From Squalus acanthias (taxonomy: Eukaryota), in assembly GCA_030390025.1 (NCBI GenBank), contig CM059433.1, forward strand, positions 7,938,001 through 8,002,000: a stretch of DNA of 64,000 bases, in the 5' to 3' direction. How positions within the stretch are numbered: position 1 is the stretch's first letter; each line of letters opens with the position of its first letter. The position numbers and the translations under genes are program-made. A model generated the notes under the pieces. It had not been told where the DNA came from. It did not search any database and saw nothing but the letters and a program-made list of their open reading frames with translations. Below, in pieces: positions 37,674 through 50,736 of this stretch.

Positions 37674-38117
37674 ATTCCAAATATTATCGTTCCGTTGCAA
37701 AATGCTTCTTTCTAATCTCTAGGCTTCTAAAGTTTGCCAATTTTGAGTTCAAGGTCTCTCTTCCTACTTCTGCTCACGTTTCAATTCCATATTTTTCCCG
37801 CATTTTATATTTTCTTTTTCCCAACAAGGTCATATCCAAGATTTCCCAGCAATCCCCTTAATTTAGAATTATCTTTGGTACTTGTCTCCAAGCCTTTTTC
37901 AAACCACCAAAGTTTGAAAATCACGCTGTGTAATATTATGGTAGAAAGTCTCAATGCTTTTATATGGAATTCTGTAGTTTGCTGTTTTGACAGACGACCC
38001 ACCCGGGAACTATCTAAACTCGATTATTTACCATTTCAATGTTAGAACTGAGCAGACTGATGCATGAGCGCTGGTGAGTGCAGCTCTGTGCTTGTATACA
38101 TTTGGTAGTATAGCTTG

Positions 38118-38515
38118 CAAGCGCTCTACTCGGAGCTCCGACACGGCAAGAGAGCCCCGGGTGGGCAGAGGAAACGCTTCAAGGACACCCTCAAAGCCTC
38201 CTTTGAAAAAGTGCAACATCCCCCACCGACGCCTGGGAATCCCTGGCCCAAGACCGCACAAAGTGGAGGAGAAGTATCCGGGGAAGACGCCGAACACCTC
38301 GAGTCTCTTCGCCGGGAGCAAGCGGAAGCCGAGCGCAAACAGCGCAAGGAGCGCACGTCAACCCAAGCACCCCACCCACCCGCCCCTTCAACCACTGTCT
38401 GCCCCACCTGTGACAGAGACTGTAGGTCCCGCATTGGACTCATCAGTCACCTGAGAACTCATTTTTAATGTGGAAGCAAGTCATCCTCGGTTCTGAGGGA
38501 CTGCCTAAGAAGAAG
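38118..38515 (+). mobile_element. RTE-clade LINE 3' fragment with C-terminal C2H2 zinc finger
   Basis: GGQRKRFKDTLK, CPTC..RIGLISHLRTH; (AAG)n tail; 11-bp TSD agtatagcttg (38107-38117, 38516-38526). Confidence 0.85.
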
Positions 38516-39280
38516 AGTATAGCTTGAATATATTGGCTCATTACTTAGAGGCATAACTATGCCCTGAATTTTCATTCTCCCTTTTAAAAAGAAAAAGAAA
38601 GACTTGCATTTATAAAGCACCTTTCACGGCCTCAGGATGTCCCAAAGCACTTTACAGCCACTTTTGAAGTGTAGTAAGAACATAAGAACATAAGAAATAA
38701 GAGCAGGAGTCGGCCATACGGCCCCTCGAGCCTGCTCCGCCATTCAATAAGATCATGGCTGATCATCGACCTCATCGCCACTTTCCCACCCCATCCCCAG
38801 ATCCCTTGATTCCGCTCGTCACTGTTGTAATGTGGGAAAGGGGAAGAAAGGGGTATTATTTCACTTTTGGGTTCAACTCATCTGAAATTGCTACTTTTTT
38901 TTTGCTCCTTATTTATATAAGTTTGGAGTAACAGTAGAATAAAGGTTATTAGGTCAGTATAAATTCATGCCATTTATGCAAAATATGCAAAATAGTGGAA
39001 ATCATGGGTTAAAAGGGAATGTAGGGAATGTGCCAGTTTGTGTTAGTTATTAGTCTAGCGCTTATTAAACACTCTGGAACTAACCCAAACTCATTGTGAT
39101 TTGTAGTATTGAGTCACAGAAAATTTTTCAATTGAATTAGATGCAATAGTACGTGTGGAGTATCGGCATAAATCGCACCCGAGTACTTCGAAACAGGCAG
39201 CATGATTGGACAGCTCTTGGTGAAGAAACAAGCATCAGAACTAAAGATCTGACAAAACTGCCGAGAACAGATACGATAGA

Positions 39281-39668
39281 AAAGAAAGAAAGACTTTCAC
39301 GACCACTGAACGTCTCAAAGCGCTTCACAGTCAATGAAGTACTTTTTTGAAGTGGAGTCACTGTTGTAATGTGGGAAACGCGGCAGTCAATTTGCGCACA
39401 GCAAGCTCCCACAAACAGCAATGTGATAATGACCAGATAATCTGTTTTTGTTATGTTGTGTTACTGTGTGTTACACTCTTGTTAGACCACATCTGGAGTA
39501 CTGCATCCAGTTCTGGACACCGCACCTCAGGAAGGATATATAGGCACGGGTATTGAGGGTTACGGACCCAAAGCGGGTGGATGGAGTTAAGATACAGATC
39601 AACTATGATCTGATTGAATGGTGGAACAGGCTTGAGGGGCTGAATGCCTCCTCCTGCTCCTATGTTCC
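39281..39668. mobile_element. SINE 3' part (minus) adjoining a deleted CR1 fragment (plus)
   Basis: SINE tail 39281-39457; gttagaccacatctggagtactg and CR1 3'UTR 39475-39668. Confidence 0.7.
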
Positions 39669-39794
39669 AATATACACAGGTAACAATGGGTTTGGGATAC
39701 TGGTTTATGTTGAGATGATTTGCCATGTACCTCTTCCAAGTATTGTTTCAGAACACAAATACAACACACGATATTTAGCAACTAAGTACTTCTA

Positions 39795-40548
39795 ACATCT
39801 CCAACAAGCAAGAGTCTAACCACCGCCCCTTGACAATCAATGGCATTACCATCGCCGAATCCCCCACCATCAACATCCTGGGGGTCACCATTGACCAGAA
39901 ACTTAACTGGACCAGCCACATAAATACTGTGGCAACAAGAGCAGGTCAGAGGCTAGGTATTCTGCGGCGAGTGTCTCACCTCCTGACTCCCCAAAGCCTT
40001 TCCACCATCTACAAGGCACAAGTAAGGAGTGTGATGGAATACTCTCCACTTGCCTGGATGAGTGCAGCTCCAACAACAGTCAAGAAGCTCGACACCATCC
40101 AGGACAAAGCAGCCCGCTTGATTGGCAACCCACCCACCACCTTAAACATTCACTCGCTCCACCACCGGCGTACCGTGGCTGCAGTGTGTACCATCTACAA
40201 GATGCACTGCAGCAACTCGCCAAGGCTTCTTCGGCAGCACCTCCCAAACCCGCGACCTCTTCCACCTAGAAGGACAAGGGCAGCAGGCGCATGGGAACAC
40301 CACTACCTCCAAGTTCCCCTCCAAGTCACACACCATCCTGACTTGGAAATATATCGGCCGATCCTTCATCGTCGCTGGGTCAAAATCCTGGAACTCCCTC
40401 CCTAACAGCACTGTGGGAGTACCTTCACCACACGGACTGCAGCGGTTCAAGAAGGCGGCTCACCACCACCTTCTCAAGGGGCAATTAGGGATGGGCAATA
40501 AATGCTGGCCTTGCCAGCGATGCCCACATTCCATAAACGAATTAAAAA
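39795..40548 (+). mobile_element. Second-family LINE 3' fragment
   Basis: ORF 39830-40405 matches the other copies. Confidence 0.85.
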
Positions 40549-42816
40549 GAAACAGGTATTGAATTGTCACACTTTTCCCTTTACAAAATTGTTTATTAAT
40601 GTTAAAGTTAAGCAGAAGGGGCTTATCATGGCCAAGCCAAAAACTTCAAATAAGTCCCTTCATTCAAAAATGCATAATAAGTTTCACGAATAGAACAAAT
40701 ATTAATATAGGAATTCGTTCTTCAACCAACAGTTGTGTATGTCTGTATTACAGCCAGTACTGTATTTGTAAGCAAACACACACAGACATACACAGCATGT
40801 CTTCGTCTGGCATCCCTCCAATCTGAGGAGATTCCTAAGTGATTCACTATTAGATAAGATTTTGGCAGGCTTACCTGTTTTTAGGTTCAAGATGTTCTTT
40901 AAGATACATGAAATTCTCAAGCACAGTCAGCCTTTCTACATATGAATTTGAGATATTTCCCTGAGCTCCGGACTCATTGTTTCCTGGTGTGAGGTTAGCT
41001 GTTGTGATTTAACTCAAAAATGGAGTCCATGCCATCACACTGAGACTTAGTCGGGCAGAACGGTGAGAGTCCTTTCACATACTTGACTTACACTCCCTGT
41101 CATGCAAGGGATTTCGCACTGCGTTTATGATTGCAGCAACTCACGTGTAACCTGAGGAGATGTCACAATGCCCCATAACCCGATTCGTGCCACGACATGA
41201 AGTCACGGTGCATTAGTGTAGCCGTTTACACCTGCCCATTGTCACAAGTCGGAGTTCTCAGGTTGAGAGACACTGGACAGGTGGGTGGATGTATTATTTA
41301 AACGCTGGGGTTAAACTTCGATTTCATCCGAGACACTTTGCATCTGCTCATATGGGCCCGAGAATGTGAAGGGGATGCTCCGACCTTCAGGGAACGCTGT
41401 AACACCCAGTGTGGGCAACCAATATACACTGCCCAATGTAACTGAAGCATGAACTCGCTTGTGGGGCATTGTGCCATCTCCTCACGTTACACTGGAGTTG
41501 AAGCAGCATTATGTCACTGTAACCATGAATCATGATTGAAATCAGTGTGATAATTCTTTGCGTCACAGGAAGCAGCGTTATTCGATTTGCCTCCAAAGTC
41601 AAGACAGACACTGGCCAGTTGGATGATCAACATTCGCCAAATTCCCAGAGGACACAGCATAAAACTACAAGCTGGACTTGCTCGTCATGTTCGGTGACTT
41701 TACTGCCCTCTTCCAATTGTAATCAAACTCAGCACATCCCCATACCATGCATAAATTAGGGCCTTCACGTTGCTGATCCCTCCTGAATTTGTCTGAAGCA
41801 CATTAACTCGCATAATGTTGGCTGACTTGGCTCTGGGTAATGGTTTTAGCTGGTACTTCAGTGACAAAGGCACGAGAAAAGTCTTATTAGCGAGCACTAA
41901 AGGCTACAACGGGACTGTGCCTCGCTATAACCGACTGAACACAAACCTTCAACTGGACACCATCAATCCCAGCTCTAGAAGAGCAGTAGGAGGGTGGCCG
42001 ATATTTTGGAGGTTGGGGTTAACATTAGAGGTTGTTTGGGTACAGCCCAAGAGTCTGTGTTCCATGATTCGAGGCACGAGTTAGCATCCGCCGACCAGAA
42101 ATTGGAGTAGATTCAAGGATAATCAGGTTCAATTTATTCACCAAGTGCACTGAACCGATAAACACTGATAGCCGTGCCATGGAGAAGGAGAAACGCGGTG
42201 GAAAAGAAAGGCAATGGTAATAGAATGCAGCAAGCGGCACCAGAAAGACAGACGCAGAAGGGCAGATGACACGATATTAGAGACAATTCAATTTTTGGTA
42301 GAAGGTAATCTCTACAGAATTTGGGCCTTGAGTTTTAGTGCCAAAGGGTAGACATTTATTTCTTATGAGAAAGTCTGTCTTTGACAGAGAATGGTGTTTC
42401 TAATGCAAGTCTAACACTCTGCTTCCAGCATTGCATCCTCATGCTACCTATGGGATTTCACTCATTATCAACTTTCGGAGATTTTAGCTATGTGGGGAAG
42501 CAGAGTCTGATAGCATTTCTGCAACAGCTCTTGGTGGTGGGGGGGGGGGGGGGGGGGGGGGGAGGGTTCAGAAGGTGTTTAAATGGGTTTGTAGCCAAGT
42601 GTAGACCATAAGGTGGAAGAATTACTTTAGCTGGTCTTTGTTAGGGGCTACGCTGCAACAGACCGGTTCCTCTTTAGCCTGAAATCGTCCAGCTGGCCAT
42701 GCAAGTGTGGTCTTCACATGTTCCTTTTGATGATACCCTGAGCTTTGAGGCAGCGGAGGAGAAAAAATCACCACCGGCTGCATCTTCTGCAGCTGCTATC
42801 CTGCCTCCAGGAGAAG

Positions 42817-42959
42817 TCACATCCATGTGTCTGTTTGGCAAGAAATCTTTCCATCAAAGAAAACCGCCTTCGTGTCCAAGGGGGACACCGGAGACTGATT
42901 ATGCCGAAAAGCTGGCTGTGGACAGCTGCCCCATTCCTCACAAGGAAAAGCACTTAAAA
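42817..42959 (-). CDS. Candidate terminal coding exon of an unidentified host gene (xLSAFPCEEWGSCPQPAFRHNQSPVSPLDTKAVFFDGKISCQTDTWM*)
   Basis: Strong acceptor T11-aaccag; open phase-1 frame to TGA; followed by ~2.2 kb without recognisable repeats and with AATAAA signals. Confidence 0.3.
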
Positions 42960-43341
42960 CTGGTTAAAAAAAAAAATCACTAATCTTTGCAAAAACAATG
43001 CACAATCAGAAGAGATATCTTTTGGGAAATGGTACTTGAATTTTTTTTAATGTTTAATTGAAAGAACGCCACTTATTCTTTATCTATAAGCTCTAATTTG
43101 TAATAGTATTACATTGCAGTGAAGTGGACTGTGTTCCTATACAGTGCAAAAATTTGACTTGAGCAATCTAGAGGAATATTTTGTTACTTAACATGCAAAA
43201 GAGAACAAACCTGAATATAAGCGACTGGCACCATAGTCTTAGTATTATGACCTAAGGTATACCGCATTTGAAGATTAGATATTATGCTTATATTCTATGT
43301 ACAGTAAATGTACTCTTGTAAAATAAAGACTTGCATTTATA

Positions 43342-43543
43342 GAATAACAACAGAAAATGCTGGATACACCCAGCAGGTCAGGCAGCATCGAGGAGGGAGA
43401 AACAGAGTTAACGTTTCAGGTCGAGGACCCTTCGAAATGTTGGCTCTGTTTCTCTCTCCACGATGCTGCCTGGCCTGCTGAGTGTTTCCAGCATTTTCTG
43501 TTGTTATTTCAGATTTCCAGCATCCGCAGTATTTTGCTATTGT
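43342..43543. mobile_element. Penelope-type palindromic element (family 2), hammerhead core truncated
   Basis: Inverted arms around gttaacgtttcaggtcgaggacccttcg; TSD cttgcatttata / cttgtatttata. Confidence 0.8.
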
Positions 43544-43808
43544 CTTGTATTTATATAGTTCTATACTCAAACATCTCAAAGCATTTGTTTACATGCAATA
43601 AATTACTTAGAAGTGCAATGACTGTTGTTAGTCAGGCAAATGTGACAGCCAATTTGGACACAGAAAGATCCCTTTAAGAAAAATAAAGCTTTACTCTTAC
43701 AGAAAATAAATACAAGTGATGCCTGCATTCAGGAGAAGGGTTGCTCAATTAACTCAGCCATTATAACCAGGGCTCTGCAGAGGTTTAATCTGAAACAGCA
43801 AATAAGCC

Positions 43809-44343
43809 TCTACAAGGCACAAGTCAGGAGTGTGATGGAATACTCTCCACTTGCCTGGATGAGTGCAGCTCCAACAACACTCAAGAAGCTCGACACCTAT
43901 CCAGGACAAAGCAGCCAGCTTGATTGGCACCCCATCCACCACCTTAAACATTCACTCCCTCCACCACCGGCGCACCGTGGCTGCAGTGTGTATCATCTAC
44001 AAGATGCACTGCAGCAACTCGCCAAGGCTTCTTCGGCAGCACCTCCCAAACCCGCGACCTCTTCCACCTAGAAGGACAAGGGCAGCAGGCGCATGGGAAC
44101 ACCACCACCTCCAAGTTCCCCTCCAAGTCACACGTCATCCTGACTTGGAAATATATCGCTGATCCTTCATCGTCGCTGGGTCAAAATCCTGGAACTCCCT
44201 CCCTAACAGCACTGTGGTAGCCCCTTCACCTCACGGACTGCAGCAGTTCAAGAAGGCAGCTCACCACCACCTTCTCAAGGGGCAACTAGGGATGGGCAAT
44301 AAATGCTGGCCTTGCCAGCGACGCCCACATCCCATGAATTAAT
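43809..44343 (+). mobile_element. Second-family LINE 3' fragment
   Basis: Matches the other copies. Confidence 0.85.
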
Positions 44344-44580
44344 ACATTTTTATTTTTTTAGCTCTGTTGTTACTATAAGCACCATTTAATCTCCACTCAG
44401 TTAAGTTAACTATGATCAGATAGTGTATAGCAATGCTGTGAAACATATAGCAAATCTCAAAAGGTAAGTAGAAGCCTCTTCGAACCCCAGTTCAGACACC
44501 TGAAATGTATTTGCAGCAGTCACAGGTTCACTTGAGTGCACCAATGTGTCTCATTCCATTTGACAGGGCTCTCTGGGTTT

Positions 44581-44898
44581 TCACAGAATCACAGAATCCC
44601 CACAGTGCAGATAGAGGCCATTTCGGCCCATCGAGCCTGCACCGACACATATCCCACCCTATCCCCATAACCCCACGTATTTAATCCCCCTAACACTAAG
44701 GGTCAATTTATCATAGCCAAATCAACCTAACCCGCACATCTTTGGACTGTGGGAGGAAAGCGGAGCACCCGGAGGAAACCCACACTGACACGGGGAGAAT
44801 GTGCAAACTCCACACAGACAGTCACCCGAGGCCGGATTTGAACCTGGGTCCCTGGTGCTGTGAAGCAACAGTGCTAACCACTATGCCACCGTGTTGCC
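44581..44898 (-). mobile_element. HE1-like V-SINE
   Basis: Minus: tRNA head ggcaacacggtggcatagtggttagc, V-domain gtctgtgtggagtttgcacattctccccg...gggtttcctccgggtgctccg, CR1-type tail gattctgtgattctgtga. Confidence 0.85.
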
Positions 44899-45529
44899 GT
44901 GTTTTCTGCTGGTATCATTCAGCACAGCTTCAGACTATAATCCACCAAAAAGCATTACGGGATTGACACAATATTTTAAAATTACGAACTTAGGGTCACT
45001 GGCATGTTAACACTGTTTTGCTTGAGTTAGTTTACAGATATTTTCGACTTGATCCTTATGCCACACACTGCTTTTGTGGGGTTATGATACTCCTGTATAA
45101 AACTCTAAAGATACACTGCACCATTCTGTACTCCTGCAAGTATCATGTTCTACAAGAAGATAGTTAAATATAATCCTTGTAAAGCCATACTTGTTCAATA
45201 AATCAAAGACAAAATGAAGAGAGCAGCAGGTTCGATCAGAGAAGGAGCAGGGTGTTGGCAGGAAGTAGGGTGCTGGGAGAGATGCCAGAGGTGCAGAGCT
45301 GGGTGGGGATGGGCGGGTGGGCAGGGTGGGGGAGAGGATGCAGTAGGAATGATTGAGAAGGAGCAGAGCTCCTGGATTTAAGAGGCACTGAGTAAGGAGC
45401 AAGGCTGAGGCCGGGGCTGGGTGGGAGTGAGAATGCTGCTGGCTGGAGCTGGGAGGGTGCTGGGGGAGTGAATGAACACTCGGGCTTGGGGCTGGGAGGA
45501 AAGGGGAGGTAGTACAAAATCTGGAACAT

Positions 45530-46560
45530 AATCATAGGAACATAGAAACAGGAGGAGGCCATTCGGCCCTTTGAGCCTGTTCCGCAATTCAATGAGATCA
45601 TGGCTGATCTGTATCTTAACTCCTTCTACCCGCCTTGGTTCCGTAACTCTTAATACCCTTGCCTAACAAAAATCTATCAGTCTCAGTTTTGAATTGACCC
45701 CCTAGCCTCAACTGTTTTTTGGGGAAGAAAGTTCAGATTTCCACTACCATTAGTGTGAAGATATGTTTCCTGACATCACTCCTGAATGATCTAGCTCTAA
45801 GTTTAAGGTTCTGCCCCCTTGTTCTGGACTCCCCCACCAGAGGAAATAGTTTCTGTCTCTCTCTACCCGATCAAATTGTTTAATAATCTTAAACACCTCA
45901 ATCAGATCACCCCTTAATCATCTATAGTCAAAGGAATACAAGTATAGTCTGTGCAACCTGTCCTCATAACTTAACCTTTACAGCCCCGGTATCATTCTGA
46001 TGAATCTGCGCTGCTCCCCCTCCAAGGCCAATATATCCTTCCTGAGGTGCGGGGCCCAGAACTGAACGCAGTTACTCCAGACGGTGTCTAACCAGGGCTC
46101 TGAACAGCTGTAACATTACTTCCACCCCTTTGTATTCCAGCCCTCTTGAGATAAAGGCCAATATTCCAGTGGCCTTTTTAATTATTTGTTGCACCTGTCC
46201 AGTCACTTTTAGTGATTTCTGTACTTGGACCCCTCGATCTCTCGGGTCCTCCACAGTTCCTCGCTTCTCGTCATTTACAAAATGTAATCTGATCCATCTT
46301 TCTTTCTTTGGTCCAAAGTGGATGCCCTCACACTTTCCCACACTGAGCTCCATCTGCCACGGTTTTACCCGCTCACTTAAATCTTTCAATGTCACCTTTT
46401 TGCAACTTTCTGCCCCCATCTACCCTACTTAGTGTCCACCTGACTTGGTGTCGTCGGCAATCTTGGACAGGCACCCTCCCTGTTCCTTCATTCAAAGTCG
46501 TTTATAAATATAGTGAAAAGCTGAGGCCCCAGTCCAGATCCCTGGGGGACACCTCTCTAG
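45530..46560 (-). mobile_element. Degraded CR1 3' portion
   Basis: KCEGIHFG, LAFISRGLEYK, ALVRHRLE; CR1 3'UTR. Confidence 0.85.
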
Positions 46561-46882
46561 TCCCCATCGCAGAAGCTGTTGCAGTAGGGGAGCAACTCAA
46601 TTTTAAAATAATTTGTTTGTGAGTAACGCCATACATTATAAGGAGACAGACTTTTGCTCTCAAAATAATGGCGAGGCTAACGGCTCGCGCTGTCATTTAT
46701 GCACAAATCGTACAGCAACTTCAGGCAAGGGCCATTGGCACAGTTAAACGCCAATATCCAAACGTTGCTGTCCAAGTTGAGCCGCTCCACACGAGCTTCC
46801 TCCCACCCGACTTCATCTAACCTCATCAGCATAACCTTCTATTCCCGTTCTCCCTCACGCACTTATCTAGCTTCCCCTTAAA

Positions 46883-47350
46883 GGTCAGCCGTGGCTCAGT
46901 GGGTAGCACACTCGCCTCTGAGTCAGAAGGTCGTGGGTTCACAGTCCCACTCCAGGGACTCAAGCACATCAAGCTAGGCTGACACTCCCAGTGCAGTGCC
47001 GAGGGAGTGCCGCACTGTCGGAGGTGCCGTCTTTCGGATGAGATGTTAAACCGAGGCCCCGTCTGCTCTCTCAGGTGGATGTAAAAGATCCCATGGTGCT
47101 ATTTCGAAGAAGAGCAGGGGAGTTATCCCCGGTGTCCTGGGTCAATATTTATCCCTCAACCAACATAACAAAAGCAGATTATCTGGTCATTATCACATTG
47201 CTGTTTGTGGGAGCTTGCTGTGTGCAAATTGGCTGCCACGTTTCCTACATTACAACAGTGACTCTACTTCATTGACTGTAAAGCGCTTTGAGACGTCCGG
47301 TGGTCGTGAAAGGCGCTATATGAATGCAAGTCTTTCTTTCTTTTTCTTTT
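46883..47350 (+). mobile_element. Deu-domain SINE nested in a minus-strand CR1 fragment (~46785-47612)
   Basis: Full SINE; flanks rejoin as CR1 (TRGHKYKI..FFTQRVV). Confidence 0.85.
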
Positions 47351-48099
47351 TAAAGGCATCCATGCTATTTGCCTCAACCACTCCCTGTGGTAGCGAGTCC
47401 CACATTCTCACCACTCTCTGAGTAAAGAAGTTTCTCCTGAATTCCCGATTGGATTTATTGGTGACTATCTTATATTTATGGCCCCTAGTTTTTGGATTCC
47501 CCCACAAGTGGAAACATCTTCTCTGCGTCTACACTATCAAACCCCGTCATAATTTTAAAGACTTTTTATTAGGTCACCCCTCTTTTTCTAGAGAAAAGAG
47601 CCCAGCCTGTTCATTTTATAATATATTAAATATGACATGGTGAAATCAAGTTAAAACCAAAATCTAATCTAAATGAACTTCTTGCAAGTCTCTGGTACAA
47701 GTTAATCTTCGCTGAATTCCAATTTGTTTATAATTTCTAATCCAGGTTGCCAAAGATTTATGGATGACCTTAATGTCTGATGCTGCAATTTTCAAACTTT
47801 TACCGGCGCCTTTGCACATAGGGGGCCTTAACAAGTCTATTGGAATAAATGTCCCGGTTATACTCAGGTCCAGATATATTTAGGTGTCTATCTATATATA
47901 TATATATATATATGTTCATTTGTCCTAAGCCATTGTAATTATAATACTGATGTAAATGAACACGTTCACCAAAATCGATCAGTCATAGTGACAGTCGAAT
48001 TTCAGCTGCCTCAGTCTGACCTCACGTAATGATGTTTAACGATGTTTACCCATCTCTCTCACAATCTCATTTCCTCATTTTGACGAGACTGCACAGGCA

Positions 48100-48561
48100 G
48101 CTTGATCAGCTCCGATGGACGGGTCACGTCGTCCGCATGCCCGATACGAGACTCCCAAAACAAGCGCTCTACTCGGAGCTCCGACACGGCAACAGGGCTC
48201 CAGGTGGGCAGAGGAAACGCTTCAAGGACACCCTCAAAACCTCCTTTGAAAAAGTGCAACATCCCCCACCGACACCTGGGAATCCCTGGCCCAAGACCGC
48301 ACAAAGTGGAGGAGAAGCATCCGGGGAAGGCGCCGAACACCTCAAGTCTCTTCGCCGGGAGTAAGCGGAAGCCAAGTACAAACAGCGGAAGGAGCGCACT
48401 GTCAACCCAAGCACCCCACCCACCCGCCCCTTTAACCGCCGTCTGCCCCACCTGTGACAGAGACTGTAGGTCCCGCATTGGACTCATCAGTCACCTGAGA
48501 ACTCATTTTTAGTGTGGAAGCAAGTCATCCTCGGTTCCGAGGGACTGCCTAAGAAGAGAAG
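48100..48561 (+). mobile_element. RTE-clade LINE 3' fragment
   Basis: QLRWTGHVVRMPDTRLPKQ, zinc finger; same family as 38118-38515. Confidence 0.85.
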
Positions 48562-48825
48562 ATTTCCCACCTGGGTTTCGCAGCTCCAGGATGATTCCAG
48601 GAAGTTTTTGCGATATATTTCATGGTTCAATTCTATAGCCTAGATGGTGCCGTCATCATCCAGGTTAATGCCGGTGGCAAACGTGTGCCCGTGACCAGTA
48701 ATATCAGGATTGCTTGGGCGCGCCCATTCTCTGGCCATAGAATTTGTGATGTAGTCGCTGAAGCACTCAATTTGTGTGATAGGCCAATTAACCTGGCAGA
48801 GTGGGCACTTTGGAATGAAGCACCC

Positions 48826-49052
48826 TGACATGAATCTGTCATTCATGAAAGAAAGACTTATGAAATAATACTGAGTGGCCTGCGGGTGGCGCTGTCCAGG
48901 GAGAGTATAAATACTCGGGCACGGGCCCAGCTTGCGCAGGATATTCTTAACAGGAACTAGTGAAGGACACAACTAGACCTCCATGTGGAAAAACAGTTGA
49001 TTAAAGCTTTGTTTAACGCTTAGACCAAGTGCCTAGTAGTTTTCTTACGTCA
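48826..49052 (+). mobile_element. Solo LTR (227 bp)
   Basis: TGAC...GTCA termini, 5-bp TSD caccc (48821-48825, 49053-49057), tataaata and attaaa inside. Confidence 0.75.
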
Positions 49053-49339
49053 CACCCCATACTGCAGCACTCACACATCACTGGTTGGATGCATTCACCT
49101 CACTGAAATGGAACATGCATTGCTGGCGAGGCTTCAGTGAGGAAGCTGGAATCTCCATTTAAAGGCGAGCTGCTGCAAATCTTCTAGGTTTTTGCACACT
49201 ATGGGGACTGCATTCAGTGCCACAATAGCATTGGACTTGGCACAGCAGGACCAGGAAGAGCAGGAAAGGGCAGTCTTGTGATGTCAGATGCATGCAAGCA
49301 ACAGTGAGTCTCTTGTACAAGGTACAGCCACCTAGTGAT

Positions 49340-50566
49340 GACATAGAAACATAGAAAAATAGGAGCAGGATTAGGCCATTCGACCCTTCGAGCCTGCTCC
49401 GCCATTCAATATGATCATGGCTGATCCTCTATCTCAATACCATATTCCCGCTCTCTCCCCATACCCCTTGATGCCTTTTGTGTCTAGAAATCTATCTATC
49501 TCCTTCTTAAATATATTCAGTAACTTGGCCTCCACAGCCTTCTGTGGTAGAGAATTCCACAGGTTCACCACCCTCTGAGTGAAGAAATTTCTCCTCATCT
49601 CAGTCCTAAATGTCCTACCCCGTATCCTGAGACTGTGACCCCTCGTTCTAGACCCTCCCAGCCAGGGGAAACATCCTCCCTGCATCCAGTCTGTCTAGCC
49701 CTGTCAGAATTTTATACGTTTCAATGAGATCCCCTCTCATTCTTCTAAACTCTAGTGAATACAAGCCTAGTCGACCCAATCTCTCCTCATACGACAGTCC
49801 TGCCATCCCAGGAATCAGTCTGGTGAACCTTCGCTGCACTCCCTCTGTGGCAAGTATATCCTTTCTGCCCACAGTACTCCAGGTGTGGTCTCACCAAGGC
49901 CCTGTATAACTGTAGTAAGACATCCTTGCTCCTGTACTCAAATCCTCTTGCAATGAAGGCCAACATACCATTTGCCTTCCTAACTGCTTGCTGCACCTGC
50001 ATGTTTGCTTTCAGTGACTGGTGTACAAGGACACCCAGGTCCCTTTGTACATCAACATTTCCCAATCTATCACCATTTAAATAATACTCTGCCTTTCTGT
50101 TTTTCCTACCGAAGTAGATAACTTCACATTTATCCATGTTATACTGCATCTGCCATGCATTTGCCCACTCACTCAACTTGTCTAAATCGCCTTGAAGCCT
50201 CTTTGCATCCTCCTCACAACCTTCAATCCCACCTAGTTTTGTGTCGTCAGCAAACTTGAAATATTACATTTGGTTCCCTCATCCAAATCATTGATATATA
50301 TTGTGAATAGCTGGGGCCCAAGCACTGATCTCTGTGGTACCCCACTAGTCACCGCCTGCCACCCCAAAAAAGACCCATTTATTCCTAGTCTCTGTTTCCT
50401 GTCTGTTAACCAATTTTCAATCCATGCCAGTATATTACCCCCAATCCCATGTGCTTTAATTTTGCACACTAACCTCTTGTGTGGGACTTTATCAAAGGCC
50501 TTCTGAAAATCCAAATACAGCACATCCACTGGTTCTCCCTTATCTATTCTACCAGTTACATCCTCA
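49340..50566 (-). mobile_element. CR1 RT and 3' end
   Basis: [33 protein letters not shown]1 3'UTR. Confidence 0.9.
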
Positions 50567-50736
50567 TTCTACGAGTTACATCCTCAATGACAATCTAGAT
50601 GTTTCTAAGAAGGCCAAGGCTAAACCAGAGGAATTTACAGAGCTGTGCCCATTTCCTTCAGGAAGAGGTCCGCACAAGATACCGCAGTGACAGTGACCAT
50701 CAAAGTCAACATGGCTCTCAAGGAATACATGTGCTA

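Noticed and set aside
42540..42566. Poly-G run and other simple repeats ((CT)n 19519 and 62665, (AT)n 47895, (GATA)n 63290)
   Set aside because: Ordinary low-complexity sequence; homopolymer lengths may be unreliable
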